64,000 bases of DNA from Chiloscyllium plagiosum (Eukaryota), in the NCBI RefSeq assembly GCF_004010195.1, contig NC_057719.1, positions 77,640,373 through 77,704,372 of the forward strand. Direction: 5' to 3'. Below the pieces are notes generated by a model. It was given only the letters and a program-made list of their open reading frames with translations, made no database searches and was not told where the DNA came from. Positions 1-12,794 of the stretch are shown in pieces. Every line of letters begins with the position of its first letter. Position 1 is the stretch's first letter. The translations under genes were made by a program, and so were the position numbers.

Positions 1-189
1 CTGAGAAAGTGGTGGATGCGGGAACAATTACAATGTTTAAAAGACATTTGGATAAGTACATGAGTAGGAAAGGTTTGGAGGGATATGGGCAGGTGGGACT
101 AGTTGAGTTTGGGATTATGTTCAGCATGGACTGGTTGGACCGAACAGTCTGTTTTCATGCTGTATGACAATGACACTATGACTCTATGT
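1..189 (+). mobile_element. CR1-type LINE 3' end
   Basis: Matches the 3' end of the CR1 copy at 4550-4740 (TTTAAAAGACATTTGGAT...GTTGGACCGAA...TCTGTTT) and ends in a CTATGACTCTATG tail. Confidence 0.85.
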
Positions 190-199
190 AAACAGCGCA

Positions 200-1761
200 G
201 ACCATGGTAAAATTTGTAGCAGAATTGTGCAAGAGGTCAATCTTGACAACATAAGTATCTCACAACATCATTCATGCTTTTCATAAGCAGTGTGACAAGA
301 TTCTCACCAGGAAATGATGAATTCCCAATTAAGGGAATGATTGTTTGTTACAAACCTTTAGAATAGCCCAACTCACTGCATTAATATTCAGATTCCTATC
401 TTCCCAGACATGCCGAAAACAACAGGCATTGAGAGATCATGATATAGAAGAGTTATTTGCAGACTTGTGCTTTCTGCTTGCTTCAAAAGACCCCATGCTG
501 GACACCTGGCACTATCATCTCAGGCCATACTCCACAGGCACAAGCCACACATACTCCACATCCACGGACATTGGCATCTGACATGTGCAAACTTCTAAGA
601 ACTCTTAAGACACATCTCCAATCCATTTACAGAGTGTTACTGCATTAATAAAATATTGTAGTTACATTGGTAACTATCATTATAATGTTACCACAAGAAC
701 ATTGTGTGCTCAGGGAGACACACCCAACTCATGGACTGGACCAGGCTGCATCTTTGTTCAATGTCATGGCACTCACTCACTCTGAACCTGACTGGCTGAT
801 TACAAATCCCCTACATTGCCTTGCTTTTACGTGATTTCCCTACTCAGCCAGAACTACCAGACTAGCATTACTTCTTTCTTACCATTTTATTTTATGAGGA
901 CCATAAAGGCAGGAAGTTTGTCACTGTTGTCAGCAGGATTCAGTCAAGTCAAGAAGAATAGCCTATGTTCAGGAGGACCTTGGCACAGTAAGTCAAGGGC
1001 ATTTTAGAGGCTTGGACATAGTCAGGCTGTCGCTCAGAATGGCATTTGGCAGGCTGCTTTCTACATAAGGGATAATGAATGTCAGGCATCCCACCACCCA
1101 CCTTGATGCTTTTTTGCCTTGCTAGGGCAGTTTTATTTAGAGAATGAGAAAGAGGTTGGTATGAAGAGACATGAAAGTGGGTGGTACAGCTGTTAATTTT
1201 GGTGCATGTGGGGAGGTGTCCTGAGTAAGTGAGTGTAGTGTTGGTGGTATCGGGTTGTTGAAGTGGGGTGTCACAGAGTCAGGGCAGCTGTTACAGGTGA
1301 CAGTGAGAGTGGTAGAACATGTGCTTGCTGGGAGTTTGTACAGTAGCAGTGATATTGTGAGGGTGAGATATCAGAGAAATGATAGTGGCATTCTGTACCA
1401 CCCCGTCCACCAGGACTTCCAGTTTCCTGTCCACAAAACAAATGCCAAGTGACACCCTATCTACCTTGTTTGGAGCAATAATCAGGAACTACAGGTACAC
1501 AACTGGTTTTTAAAGATGGCATGAGTCCAAAGGATGCCAGTTAATTCTAGGATATCTTGGAAGTGGTGAATTGTCCCAGAAATGGTAAATGGTCAGATGG
1601 GGTGGGACTTGGATATGGGAGATGCCACAGGAGTGGGGTAGGTTTTTAATGAGGCAAGTTTGGTAAAATATGGTGAGTAAACTTATTAAGCCTTGCAGCA
1701 AATAAGTGTCCAATAAGCTAGTGCAACTTGCACATTGCCAAAAAAAAAAGATTCAGTTCTA
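200..1761. mobile_element. Highly decayed Harbinger/PIF-like transposon relic
   Basis: The minus strand at about 1390-1470 reads CFVDRKLEVLVDGVVQ, like the first helix of a Harbinger Myb/SANT protein. The + strand at about 230-400 has weak transposase-like GNDEFPIK..LLQTFR. AAGATTCAGTTCTA near 1748-1761 could be a degenerate terminus. Confidence 0.35.
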
Positions 1762-1764
1762 TAT

Positions 1765-3305
1765 ATATAATATTAGGGATCAGGGTAAAAATCAATCCAT
1801 GCTCTCAGAATCCTGTCAATTCAGGCCCCTGATAAAAGCTTTCATTAAAGATAAAATGATCAAAAGCATCAGAGATCCGACTAAGACTGCACAACTGCCA
1901 AGGGAAGAAAATTTGACTCATGAAGTTACAACATATGCAGAAGCTCTGAGCTTGTAACTCAACAGCTATAGCATATACATTGGAGAATAGGTGAGATGGA
2001 GAAGCAGCCCAGTAGAAAGATCAAGCCCAAGGACAAGTGGAAACTACTGTGCAGGTCATTACCTAAAATAACAGAATGCATCTCAGCATGGGAAAAACGC
2101 TCTTATCCACCAAGCTAAACGACCTTACAAGCACACGTTTAGCTTTGAAGCAGACAAACAAGCCAAAGAGATGATTGCTACAAGAGATGCTTGATACTGA
2201 TTCTGTCAAATCAAGTGTGGGTGCTAGAAAGGTGACAGAAGGAGATTTGGGCAATTCAATGCTTGCTTTCAAGTAAGTTGACCATGTTAAATCTGACAGT
2301 GGATAATGGTTTATACCTATTCCAATGGTATTTAGATGAATCAAAGCATCAATTGAAGATGTCTTGCATTCATATTGTTCAACGATGTTATGACACACCT
2401 CTGGAGCAGGTGGGACTTGAAGCTGGGTCTCCTGACCCAGAGGTAGGTACACTTCCATGCACCACAAGAGCCCCTACAACAATATGAAATGTGAGAAAGA
2501 CACTGATGTTTCTAGCAACATTATGAGCTTTGCAGAACTGTGTAAAGTTACACCAGATGGCAATCCAACAGTGAAATCCCTGAAGATAAATTTGAGACTC
2601 TGTGATGTAATAATACTCGATACAAGAGAACAAATTAACCTGAATGTTCAATGCAATGACAAAACTGAAGGTCTAGAGTCAAAGCTAAAGCCACTTAACT
2701 CAGCAACTAGTAATCCTAAATATGTCAGAAACTATTTACAGCATCTTGCCAGCCACTTTGACAAATAGAGTGAGACAGAAAAGATCAAACCAAGGAAATG
2801 TTGTCTTGCTGGACACAGCTAAGACAACTAATAGAAAGACACATCTAAGGCAACCGTGACAACCAATAGAGTCAGCTGAGAAGTTGCAAAACTTGGGAGC
2901 ACTTCATTTCCTCCAGCAGATGTTCAATGAAAATTCAACAACCCACGTACATACCATCATACACTCAAAAGAAAAAAGTGTGCCATGTGTGTAAATAAAT
3001 TGTCAAAAGTGTGACTAACAGATGTTAATGCATGAGAGTACAGTTCACATAGTGCATAATATAGGTAACCTGTTATGAATGATAATGCATGCAAATTTGG
3101 TTTTATTTTTGTTCATCCTGTAAAGGAGGATGTTTGACTAGAGATGTGATCATGCACAAAACATCCTTCTTAGTTTGCTGTAATCATTTGACCCTCAGCC
3201 ATGACGTATTCACGACAGGCAGTCATCTTACAACCAGCTCAATAAAGACATGACACAACCATAACTGCTGCCCTAGTATCTCACAGCAGTCAGGACTTAG
3301 CCCCA
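1765..3305 (+). mobile_element. Decayed Gypsy LTR-retrotransposon remnant (gag, protease, PPT, partial 3' LTR)
   Basis: ORF 1706-1957 (LSESCQFRPLIKAFIKDKMIKSIRDP..LPREENLT) is gag-like. ORF 2457-2768 (KCEKDTDVSSNIMSFAELC) resembles an aspartic protease DTG motif. Purine tract AAAGGAGGA precedes TG at 3131, and AATAAA lies at 3241. Confidence 0.6.
2372..2474 (-). mobile_element. Short tRNA-derived SINE-like unit inserted in the Gypsy remnant
   Basis: The reverse complement matches the units at 21219 and 21381 (GGGCTCTTGTGGTGCA...TTCAAGTCCCACCTGCTCCAGAGGTGTGTCATAACATC). Confidence 0.7.
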
Positions 3306-4740
3306 TTAATGCCATGATTTAAGAAAGGTGGTAGGGACAAGCCAGGGAACTACAGATCAGCGAGCCTGACGTCAGTGGTGGGCAAGTTGTTGGAAGGAAT
3401 CCTGAGGGATTGGATTTACACATATTTGGAAAAGCAAGGACTGATTAGGGATAATAAACATGGCTTTGTATGTGGGAAATCATGTCTCACAAACTTTATT
3501 GAGTTTTTTTGAAAAAGGAGCAAAGAGGACTGATGAGGGCAGCTGACGTAATCTATATGGATGCCAGTAAGGCATTCAAAAAGGTTCCCCATGGTAGACT
3601 GGTTAGCAAGGTTAGATCTCATGGAATACAAGGAGAAATAGTCATTTGGATACAGAACTTGCTCAAAGGTAGAAGACAGAGGGTGGTGGTGGAAGGTTGC
3701 TTTTCAGACTGGAGGCCTGTGACCAGTGGAGCGCCACAAGGATCGCTGCTGGGTCCACTACTTTTCGACATTTATATAAATGATTTGGATATGAACATAG
3801 GAGGCATAGTTAGTAAGTTAGCTGATAACACCAAAATTGGAGATGCAGTGGACAGCGAAGAAGGTTACCTCAGATTACAATGAAATCTTGATCAGATGGG
3901 CCACTGGGCTGAGGGGTGGCAGATGGAATTTAATTTAGATAAATGTGAGGTGCTGCATTTTTGGAAAGCAAATCTTAGCATGACTTATACATTTAATGGC
4001 AAGGTCAGGGAGTGTTGCTGAACAAAGAGACCTTGGAGTGCAGGTTCATAGCTCCTTGAAAGTGGAGTCACAGGTAGATAGGATAGTGAAGGCAGCATTT
4101 GGTATGCTTTCCTTTATTGGTCAGAGTATTGAGTACTGGAGTTAGGAGGTCATGTTGCAGTTGTACAGGTCATTGGTTAGGCCACTGTTGGAATATTGCA
4201 TGCAATCCTGGTCTCCTTCCTATCAGAAGGATGTTGTGAAATTGAAAGGGTTCAGAAAAGATTTACAAGGATGTTGCCAGGGTTAGAAGATTTGAGCTAC
4301 AGGGAGCGGTTGAATAGGCTAGGGCTGTTTTCCCTGGAGTGTCAGAGGCTGAGGGGTGACCTTATAGAGGTTTATAAAATCATGAAGGGCATGGATAGGA
4401 TAAATAGGCAAGATCTTTTCCCAGAGGTGGGGGAGTCCAGAAATAGAGTGTATAGATTAAGGGTGAGAGGGAAAGACATAAAAGAGATCCAAGGGGCAAC
4501 TTTTTCACGCAGAGGGTGGTGTGTGTGTGTATGGAATGGGCTGCTAGAGGAAGTGGCGGAGACTGGTACAATTGTATTATTTAAAAGACATCTGGATGGG
4601 TATATGAATAGGAAGAGTTTGGAGGGATATGGGCCAAGTGCTGGCAAATGGGACTAGATTAGGTTGGGATATTTGTTCGGCATGGACGAGTTGGACCGAA
4701 GGGTCTGTTTCCGTACTGTACATCTCTATGACTCTATGAC
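3306..4740 (+). mobile_element. 5'-truncated CR1 LINE (reverse transcriptase, disrupted)
   Basis: RT motifs YMDASKAFKKVPH, SGAPQGSLLGPLLF.IYINDL and KLADNTK; C-terminal RLRGDLIEVYKIM; tail CTCTATGACTCTATGAC. Confidence 0.95.
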
Positions 4741-6324
4741 AAGAAATCCCATCACCAGGGTATCCTAGTATCCAATATGCTTTCAGCAATACTTAACAGA
4801 ACTCATGCCAGTAAAATTTTAATGTGAATTCTGCTAAGATCCCAGGAGAGTCACCAAAGCAACTCCTCCCCAAAATAATCAATTCCAAAAGCATCTGTTC
4901 ACATTTAGAAATATATCCCCAATGGGCTGAAGCTTTCCTCTGGTAAGTATTAATTTTAGCTTGTCTGGGCCTTGTGTCCTTAAGCCGAATGGTGTGGCAC
5001 AGTTCCACCTTTGTGGTCAACAGCTTGGAGTAGGAATCACTTCCAGCCCTGGATGTGTGAAAGGCTCAAGATTGGATCTGATTTTATTCACTTGGTCACA
5101 TTTCGGGCTCCTTTTCCTGCACTTCCAAAGGCTGAGCAGGCTTTTTGGAATTGCAATACCTGGCTTCACTCTGGCTTTTTGGCAAAAGAACTTCCATTTG
5201 CGAGGGAGTGAAAATCAATTGGTGTGGGATTGTTCTAAGACCTCACTATTGCAATCTTGAGCAGATATTTACTCGTGTCAGCCTTTTGTTGTTGTGGTAC
5301 TCTAACTGTTGAATTAAACAGAGTCTGGTCAAACTTCACCCTTAGGCTCACATTTTGAGTATGAAACGTTAAACTAAAGCCCTTGCTGCTTCTCAGGTAG
5401 GCATAAGGGATCATTTATGTTATGTTTTTAACAGGCTGAAAGAGGTGGCATGGAAACTGTGAGGTCTGCACTCTCCTAGCCTCGGCATGTCCACATATCC
5501 AACCAAGTATTGAATATCTGGTGAGTAGCCACTTGGCATGAGGGAGGCCAATGATAGGTGCACAGAAAGCTGCTTCTCAACCAGAAATCATTTCTCTCGA
5601 TTTCTCCCAACCTTGCAGTAATTATGAAGGCTAGTTTTTAATGTCTTTTTTTAAGTGCCTTAATTTAGTCAAATCTTATTATTTTCATTTAATTTTGTTT
5701 GAAAAAACACAGCATTGTGAAGGATTTTTATTGCAGCTATATTCAAAATGGAAAATGATTCACACTTTGAATATGTGTAAATATATAACTTGTGGGTTCT
5801 GAGAATCAACACTGTGGGCCAGATAACATCATGCAGTAGAAAGTTAAAGTTACCATCACAGCCAGAATTGTAACGGCCCCTGATCTCACAACCATTGAAG
5901 ACACAAAAAAATTGTTAAAATTTCACCAAAACTGATACAGATGCTGCCACCTTCCCTGGCAGAGTCTGTTGGTACTTTCAGTCATGACCTTGTGTGTGAG
6001 GCCTTTTCTACTACCCCTATGCCAGCTTGTCTTAGCTGGTGTAAAATATTCCCAAATGTTTTCTGTCTGACACCCTAAAGGATGCAGAGGCAATTGAAAT
6101 AATCAAGGATGGTTTGTTTGTTAGCAAGCTGAATAGCTTACTAATTCATGATTTCAAATTGCCTGGTGGTTTGTTGATCTCAATGCTCAAGAACCTTCCC
6201 TCGTCTTGTAGACTTTACAATGATGTTGGGTTGAGATTCATTACAACAAAATGTTTATCAGTTTGGTGGGGGGTGGGGTCAACATGTCAGATTTGGGAAT
6301 GCAAAGTACAGCCCTGCAGCAGTA

Positions 6325-6556
6325 TTTTGAAAAAGAACAGGGGTGTTACCCTGATGGGTCAGCTTATACTTTCCTCAACCAACCTAATTAAAACAGATTA
6401 TTCGGTCATTTAACACATTAATCTTCATGGGACCTTGTAATGTGCCATTTTTTCTGTCACTATAACAGTGGCAGCACTTCAAAAATATTTAATTGGCAGT
6501 CAACCATTTTTAAGATGTCCCTAGAATGAAAATGTTCCATGTAGCTGCAAGCTCAT
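6325..6556 (+). mobile_element. Deu-domain SINE (AmnSINE1/SacSINE1-like) fragment
   Basis: CCTCAACCAAC..AAAACAGATTATTCGGTCATT..ACAGTGGCAGCACTTCAAAAATATTTAATTGGC..GATGTCC resembles the Deu domain and L2-type tail as I recall them. Confidence 0.65.
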
Positions 6557-7289
6557 CCTTTATAAAGTAAAACAAACAGAGATCTGGGAACAGTATCCTA
6601 CAGGCATGACTGACCAGGGAACATTGCACAACTGACAGAAGTCCAAAGGAATGAGGAAAAAACAACTGGATGATTACATTTTTAAAAAATTGTTCAGCAT
6701 AAATTTTTATAGATTTGATGCAGTGAAGATCCAAAGTTTGTGTGTTATCCTGGGACATAATTCTATAGTTATTAAAACAAGAATGCCATGTCTTAGTTGA
6801 ATCATGCCAGATATACAAGGCATAAATATATTCATGTGAATGCTTAGTGACAATCTCAGTGCCTAGAAACTAAAACATCATGTTCCATTTCTACATCTTG
6901 CAAGCAAGGAAACAGACAAAGGCATTTCTACCCTGAGGGAGTGCCAGCAATGGGAGGCATACAGTTACCCAACTATAAATGTCCCCTGCGTCCTGTGTAG
7001 TTGTTAATGCAACACAGACATACTGCAGCATGAGTCTTCTGGCCTGTTATGATTAAGTCAAAAGACTAAGCATCTCAGCTTGTCGGGACATAGGCATATT
7101 AATGTCCAAATCTAGGGCTGAGCAGTAGGACTATCTCCCCACAACCCAAGTTCATTTGCCCACAACCATTTCTAACCAAATATTTATCCAATGTCCTCTT
7201 CACCACACTAGGCACTAACGTTGACAGTGGGAAAACAACATCTGTTTCCTCTCATAATGTGACAATTTTCCTCGTTCACAGGTTGTTGT

Positions 7290-7612
7290 TGTCACGAGCT
7301 AGACCAGCATTAATTGGCCATTCTTACTTGCTCAGCAGACAGTTAAGAGTTAACCACTTCACCTGAGCACAGAGCGCATGTAGGGCAGACCAGATAAGGA
7401 TGACAGATTTCCTTCCTAAAGGACATTAGTGAATCAGATGGGTTTTTATTGCAATTGCTAATGGTTATATGGCAACCATTAGGCAAGTATTTCATTACAG
7501 ATTTTTATTGAATTCAAATTTCACCATCTGCCTTGGTGGAATTCAAGCTTTGTTCCCGAAACATTACCTGAGTTTCTGAGTCTGTAGTGACATTACCACA
7601 ACACCATCACCC
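7290..7612 (-). mobile_element. tRNA-headed SINE (5' and 3' ends shared with the LINE at 60022-61278)
   Basis: Head GTGATGGTGTTGTGGTAATGTCACTAC on -. The body GGATGACAGATTTCCTTCCTAAAGGACATTAGTGAA is shared with 10370-10667 and 61000-61270. Confidence 0.75.
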
Positions 7613-7759
7613 CACAGTAGTATGAGACTCCTTGTTGTTCAATTATGTCTAAGCTGTAAATGGTTTCTTTAGAGTTAATTTTATGTGAAAGAATTTGATT
7701 ATTGTGGAGGAAGGGTGCATGCAGTTGCCTCCTCCCCACCAGTCTCTTCTCTCTTGGCT

Positions 7760-7925
7760 GCTTCTGTGTGGTCCCAGAAACAGGAAAGATCCAAGACATC
7801 TGGATATCTTGGCAGCTACAGTGAATGGCCATACAGGGTGGTCCTTTACTTTCGCCTTTTCCTACAGCCCACTGAGGCTCAACTATTGTAACTTATGCCA
7901 GAGCACCATTATAGAGCAAAGCAAA
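7760..7925 (+). mobile_element. Harbinger transposase-like fragment
   Basis: GYLGS...LQPTEAQ then, in another frame, YCNLCQSTIIEQ resembles the P.TEAE.RYN..H..TR.TIEQ region of the transposase at 26450-26650. Confidence 0.35.
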
Positions 7926-9914
7926 GAGGCAGTCTTAGGGACTACCTCAGCCAGCACTGAGATTTAACCTGAGCTGCAAACCTTTTCCCACAGGACTGCT
8001 ATCTCACCCATATCGCGTATTGTATCTTTGAGCCGCATCGTCTGTCTCAGTGCTAGCTGCTAAGGATGTAAAGATGACACTGCTACTCAGCATTAATCAA
8101 TGATCAAAATGGAGAAGGCATTGCATGGTATGTTGACCCATCTGTGAAATTTGCTTTGTGAGTCCATCCCCTAAAAGTGATGGAAATTCTAAAGGGTTTA
8201 CAAATGGTCAGAACATTGGTGGTCTCCAAGTTCTAACCATGAACTGGCACTGCGTGTGAAAACAGCCAATTCCCTACCTCGGAATTCCAGTGCCTGTCTG
8301 TTTTGGTCCATAGTGGTATGTTGAATCAGTTCAACATATTTTCATACTTCCACTGTGACTGCTTCACTACATGAAAGCTAGTAATTTTTTTTTAAGGATC
8401 AATAATCCAACTATTTGCAAAAACAAAATGCTACATTTTCACAGGGTAAAACTAAAACATTTTACCATACCAAAATCAATTAACATAATTGCTAATAAAT
8501 ATACATTATCTTAAGTAATCAGTTGTGCTAAATATCACAACAATATAACGAATTTAGTACTTATTATCTAAATCATGTATCATCATTCCATTTTCCCATT
8601 CAGCCATTTGACTTACTGTCCAAAACTTAAGTCACATACTTACCACAAATTGGAAGACTAACTGCTTGGTGTGTGCCAATGGTTTATATATGAACTGAGA
8701 TTTCTCGGCCTTCTGTTTACTTCTAGAAATGTCATCCCTTCAAATCTCTTCTCGCTATCCTAAGGTTATAAACTTTATTGAAACCTTATAAACCTCCATT
8801 CATAATTAGCATCTAATATCTGAAGCATATTCAACTCTTGGCTCTAATATTCTTTTTAATTCTTGAGTCTGTATCTAAAATTCTTTCCCTTAGCAGCTTG
8901 GCTATATTAGAGTCTTACAGTTACTGTGAGTTTTAATCCCGTTAGCCAATGCCCAGAATTTCAAATAAATTCTGATGAAAAAGATACTTCCTTCACTCCA
9001 ACTTGTTCTAAACTCTCAAACAAAACATTTTGTACAATGAAAATACTCACCCCTATACTTAACTTGTTGACCCTTATTTCCTGATTGTGAGTCTCCCAAG
9101 AACCCGGGCACATGATAATTTTCTGGAATCGAGTTTCTTTTCAACCAAAAATCAGATCCTGAAGAAATCTAGTTTGTAAAAGGACAACCATCCACATAAA
9201 ATGTAGGCATTCACCTCCCAATTCCAACTTGCGCCCCCCCCCCTCACCTTCACCCAATCCCCCACCATCCCACCCAACCTAAAGCACATTCCACCATCTC
9301 AAGTTTAAGTAATGTCTTTGTCAAGTTCAGATGAAAACTGAATGCATTGGATATAACTAAGACTTGCTTACAAGTCTGTTGTTGCTTTAGTTTGTATCCA
9401 ATTGAAAGTCCACACTACAATTAGCATATAATGTTGCTTAATATGTTCAATCATTTTGTTTCTGGCATGCAAGTCAATTTTAAAGATTTAATGCCTGATG
9501 TTATATATATTCTATGAGCTGCTGGGATATAGAGTGCAAAAATGTAAAAGTGGATTAAGTTGTGCAGCAAAAATGCTAATACATGAATACTATTCAGAGT
9601 CCAAATGTTCAGTCTCTGTCTGTCTACTTTTTGAAACTACCATCATTGCCCCTACTACAAAAGCCCTCATCAAGACCTATCCCCTGCTGCACTATACAAT
9701 CACTATCCTCCTCTTTCTGCCAAGATCCTTGAAAATGCTGTTGCTTCCCAGCCTCATGTTCAGTTCTCATAATTGCTGCTCAAAGCGTTCTAATCTGACT
9801 TCCACCATGTCTACCCTGCACCAAAGTCACTCTGGCCGAATTCACCAACAGTACACACTGTACCTGTAAATATGGTGTATAATTAACTTTGTACTAGTTG
9901 ATGATTCTATGGCA

Positions 9915-10180
9915 ACTTTCAAAACCAGGAGCCGTAATATAAGATAGTCATGAACAAATCGAAGAAAGGATTCATCAGTCAATTCCTTATCCAGGGACTG
10001 GCAAGAGATTGGAATCACATGGCATACTTGACAGCATTTACATAAACGTCTTCTAAATATACAAGGGAAAAAGGAACAGAAGGATATGCAAATTGGGTTT
10101 TGATGAAGTGAGATGAAAGGAAACTTGGAGGAGATATAAGCCATGTGGGCCAAACTGCCTATTTCTGTGTAAACTCTTAA
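9915..10180 (+). mobile_element. Old CR1 3' fragment
   Basis: AAAACCAGGAGCCGTAATATAAGATAGTCA...TGGGCCAAACTGCCTATTTCTGTGT follows the CR1 3'-end pattern. Confidence 0.45.
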
Positions 10181-10369
10181 GTGTAGGTTAGTTTAATTAA
10201 AACATTGATCTCTGTTACTTACTCCACTCCATGGCTCACTTCAATGGAATAATCTTGGTATATTTCCAAGTACCCTAACCCCATTGTATATACCTAGTCC
10301 TCCTTGTACCAAAACTCAAGGATACATTAATGCTCCACCCCCCTTCATCCTCATCTATATGCTTTTTAT

Positions 10370-10667
10370 TGTTGTTGACTGAGTGTGGGTGTTGCTAGCT
10401 AGGCCAACATTTAACTCCCATTCCTAATTACCCAAAAGCAAATAAGAGTCAACCACATTGCTGTGGGTCTGGATCTGCATATAGGCCAGACCAGGTAAGA
10501 ATGACAGATTTCCTTTCCTGAAGGTCATTAGATTTCTTTACAACAACCAACAGTGGTTTCATGGTTGCCTTTAGGCATGGTGGGATTTGAACCCATGCTC
10601 TTGGGGAATTGGCCTAGGGTGCTGGATTACTAGTCCAGCAACCTTACCACTACACCAGCACTTCCCC
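10370..10667 (-). mobile_element. tRNA-headed SINE (same family as 7290-7612)
   Basis: On -: A-box-like TGGTGTAGTGG, B-box GGTTCAAATCCC, and 3' end TAATTAGGAATGGG..AAATGTTGGCCTAGC. Confidence 0.8.
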
Positions 10668-10882
10668 TGCTAGGTGCTACCAACAATCCAAGTATCCTGA
10701 GAAATGGAAAGATTATCTTCTTGACTACTGACATGAGAAGCACAGGACAAAAAGAAGTTGAGGCAGCAAAAATTATTTTCCTTGAACAATTTAGTTAATT
10801 AATAAAACTACTGGAGATGTGGAAAAGGTTGTTTGACTCAGTAAGGTAGTTAGATGTGGGAGGTCATGTGGTGAAACACAGG

Positions 10883-11285
10883 TTTGATTTGATTTGATTT
10901 GATTTGGTTTGATTTACTACTGTCACATGTACTGAGATACAGAGAAAAGTATTGTTTTGCGTGCTAACCAGACAATAACTTACATCTATGACTGTATGAC
11001 TCTACAAGTACATCTGGGTAATAGAACAGAATACAAAATATAGTGTTACTGCTACAAAGAAGATGCAGAGAAAGATCAACTACAATACATGAGACGTCTC
11101 TTTATAAGTCTGATAACAGCAGGGAAGAAGCTGCTGGCACAAGTCTGTTGGCACAAGTTTTCAAATTTTTGTATCTTCTGCCTGACGGAAGAGGGTGAGA
11201 GAGATTATAAACGGAATGCAAGAGGGCTTTGATTATGTTGATTGTTTTCCCAAGGCAGCAGGAAATAGAAAATGTATTCCACAGC
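10883..11285 (-). mobile_element. Rex1/Babar-type LINE 3' fragment
   Basis: ORF 11102-11287 (HPLPSGRRYKNLKTCANR) matches the Rex1 C-terminal LPSGRRY motif; (AAATC)n tail at 10883-10912. Confidence 0.8.
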
Positions 11286-11289
11286 AAAA

Positions 11290-12160
11290 GACCATCAAAT
11301 CTGTGCTGGCCAAAAAAAAAGTAAGTGCCAACCTCTACTTTCTAACTTTAATCTGTTAGCAATACCAAATTGCATATTGAAGTATTTCATAAGTGCAATA
11401 GAAGTTTCTACAGTTACCATCTTTTCAGGCAATGACTTCCAGACCTTTCCCACCCTCTGAGTGAAGGAGGTTTCTTCAAATCCCGTCTAATCTTTCTGCC
11501 AATTACTTTAAATTCTTTCCTCCTGGTTGTAACCCATTGGCTAAGAGTAACAATCATTGCTATTCAGTCTATTTTGGTGCTACATCATTCTGTACACCTC
11601 AATTTCATCTCGTCTCAGCTTCCCCTCTTTCCATTTAAAGCAACCCCCACTATCCAACCTTACACATATTCTTAATTCCTAGTCCTGATACCTTTAGAAA
11701 TCTATCAATATGTATTGCAAGACTTGTTTTTCCTCTGTTTGTCTCAGTATTACAGCATTCATGTGACCTCCTCAAAGATACTTTTCTGGATTGAATTCCA
11801 TTTCCTTTTCTTTTGCCGACCTGATCAACCCATTGGTTGCTTCCTGCTAGTCTCCAACTTCCTTCCTCACCTATCAAATATACAACTAACTTTTGTTTCA
11901 CTTGCATAGTCTTAATTTCTAATTCATATCTGAGTCTAAATCTGTGATAAGCAACTGACCTAGTACTGACCTCTGAGGAACTTCACTGGAAACAGCGTCT
12001 ATAAAACCAGCTGTTAACCACTATGCTTTGGTGCCACTTGACAATTTGGGTCTAACTTGCCAAATGCCCTTGGATCCTATGGACTTTTACTTTTCTGACC
12101 AGGCTGACCTGTGGGACTTGTCAAAAGCTTTGCTAAATAACCATGTAGAAACCTTCAAGA
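11290..12160 (-). mobile_element. Old CR1 fragment
   Basis: The reverse complement carries degenerate CR1 RT and 3' sequence (TTTAGCAAAGCTTTTGACAAGTCCCAC; CCAGTGAAGTTCCTCAGAGGTCAGTACTAGG). Confidence 0.7.
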
Positions 12161-12450
12161 TGACATCAACCGCGGGTAACAACAATATCTGTTGCCATCT
12201 ATGACAGGCTGTGTAGACACAGAAACATCTTCAGCGGCTATACTGATGACATCCTTTTTTTTTAATAAAAATATATCTATCTGATGTTAAGCAACAGTTG
12301 GCTCTGGATATCCCACATTTGACCTAAAGACCAAGAAGGATGACTGAAACTATCATTTCAGCATGGGAAATTATCTTGCAATATTGGCTAAATCAACTGG
12401 ATGGACATTTTGTTTATCACAGAAATGAGTTTCAAATTCTACATCCTATC

Positions 12451-12794
12451 CATGATAAATAGACAGTCTTTTCCCTGAGGTCGGGGAGTCCAGAACTAGA
12501 GGGCATAGGTTTAGGGTGAGAGGGGGAAGATATAAAAGAGACCTAAGGGGCAACTTTTTCATGCAGAGGGTGGTACGTGTACGGAATGAGCTGCCAGAGG
12601 ATGTGGTGGAGGCTGGTACAATTGTAACATTTAAGAGGCATTTGAATGGGTATATGAATAGGAAGGGTTTGGAGGAATATGGGCCGGGTACTGGCAGGTG
12701 GGACGAGATTGGATTGGGATATCTGGTTAGCATGGACAGGTTGGACCGAAGGGTCTGTTTCCATGCTGTACATCTCTATGACCCTATGACTCTA
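12451..12794 (+). mobile_element. CR1 3' end (young)
   Basis: RDLRGNFFMQRVVRVRNELPE..FKRHL, with tail CTCTATGACCCTATGACTCTA. Confidence 0.95.

Noticed and set aside
4790..5260. ORFs and donor-like CTG|GTAAGT at about 4942
   Set aside because: No protein similarity recognised; the donor-like site sits in a TIR-like repeat end.
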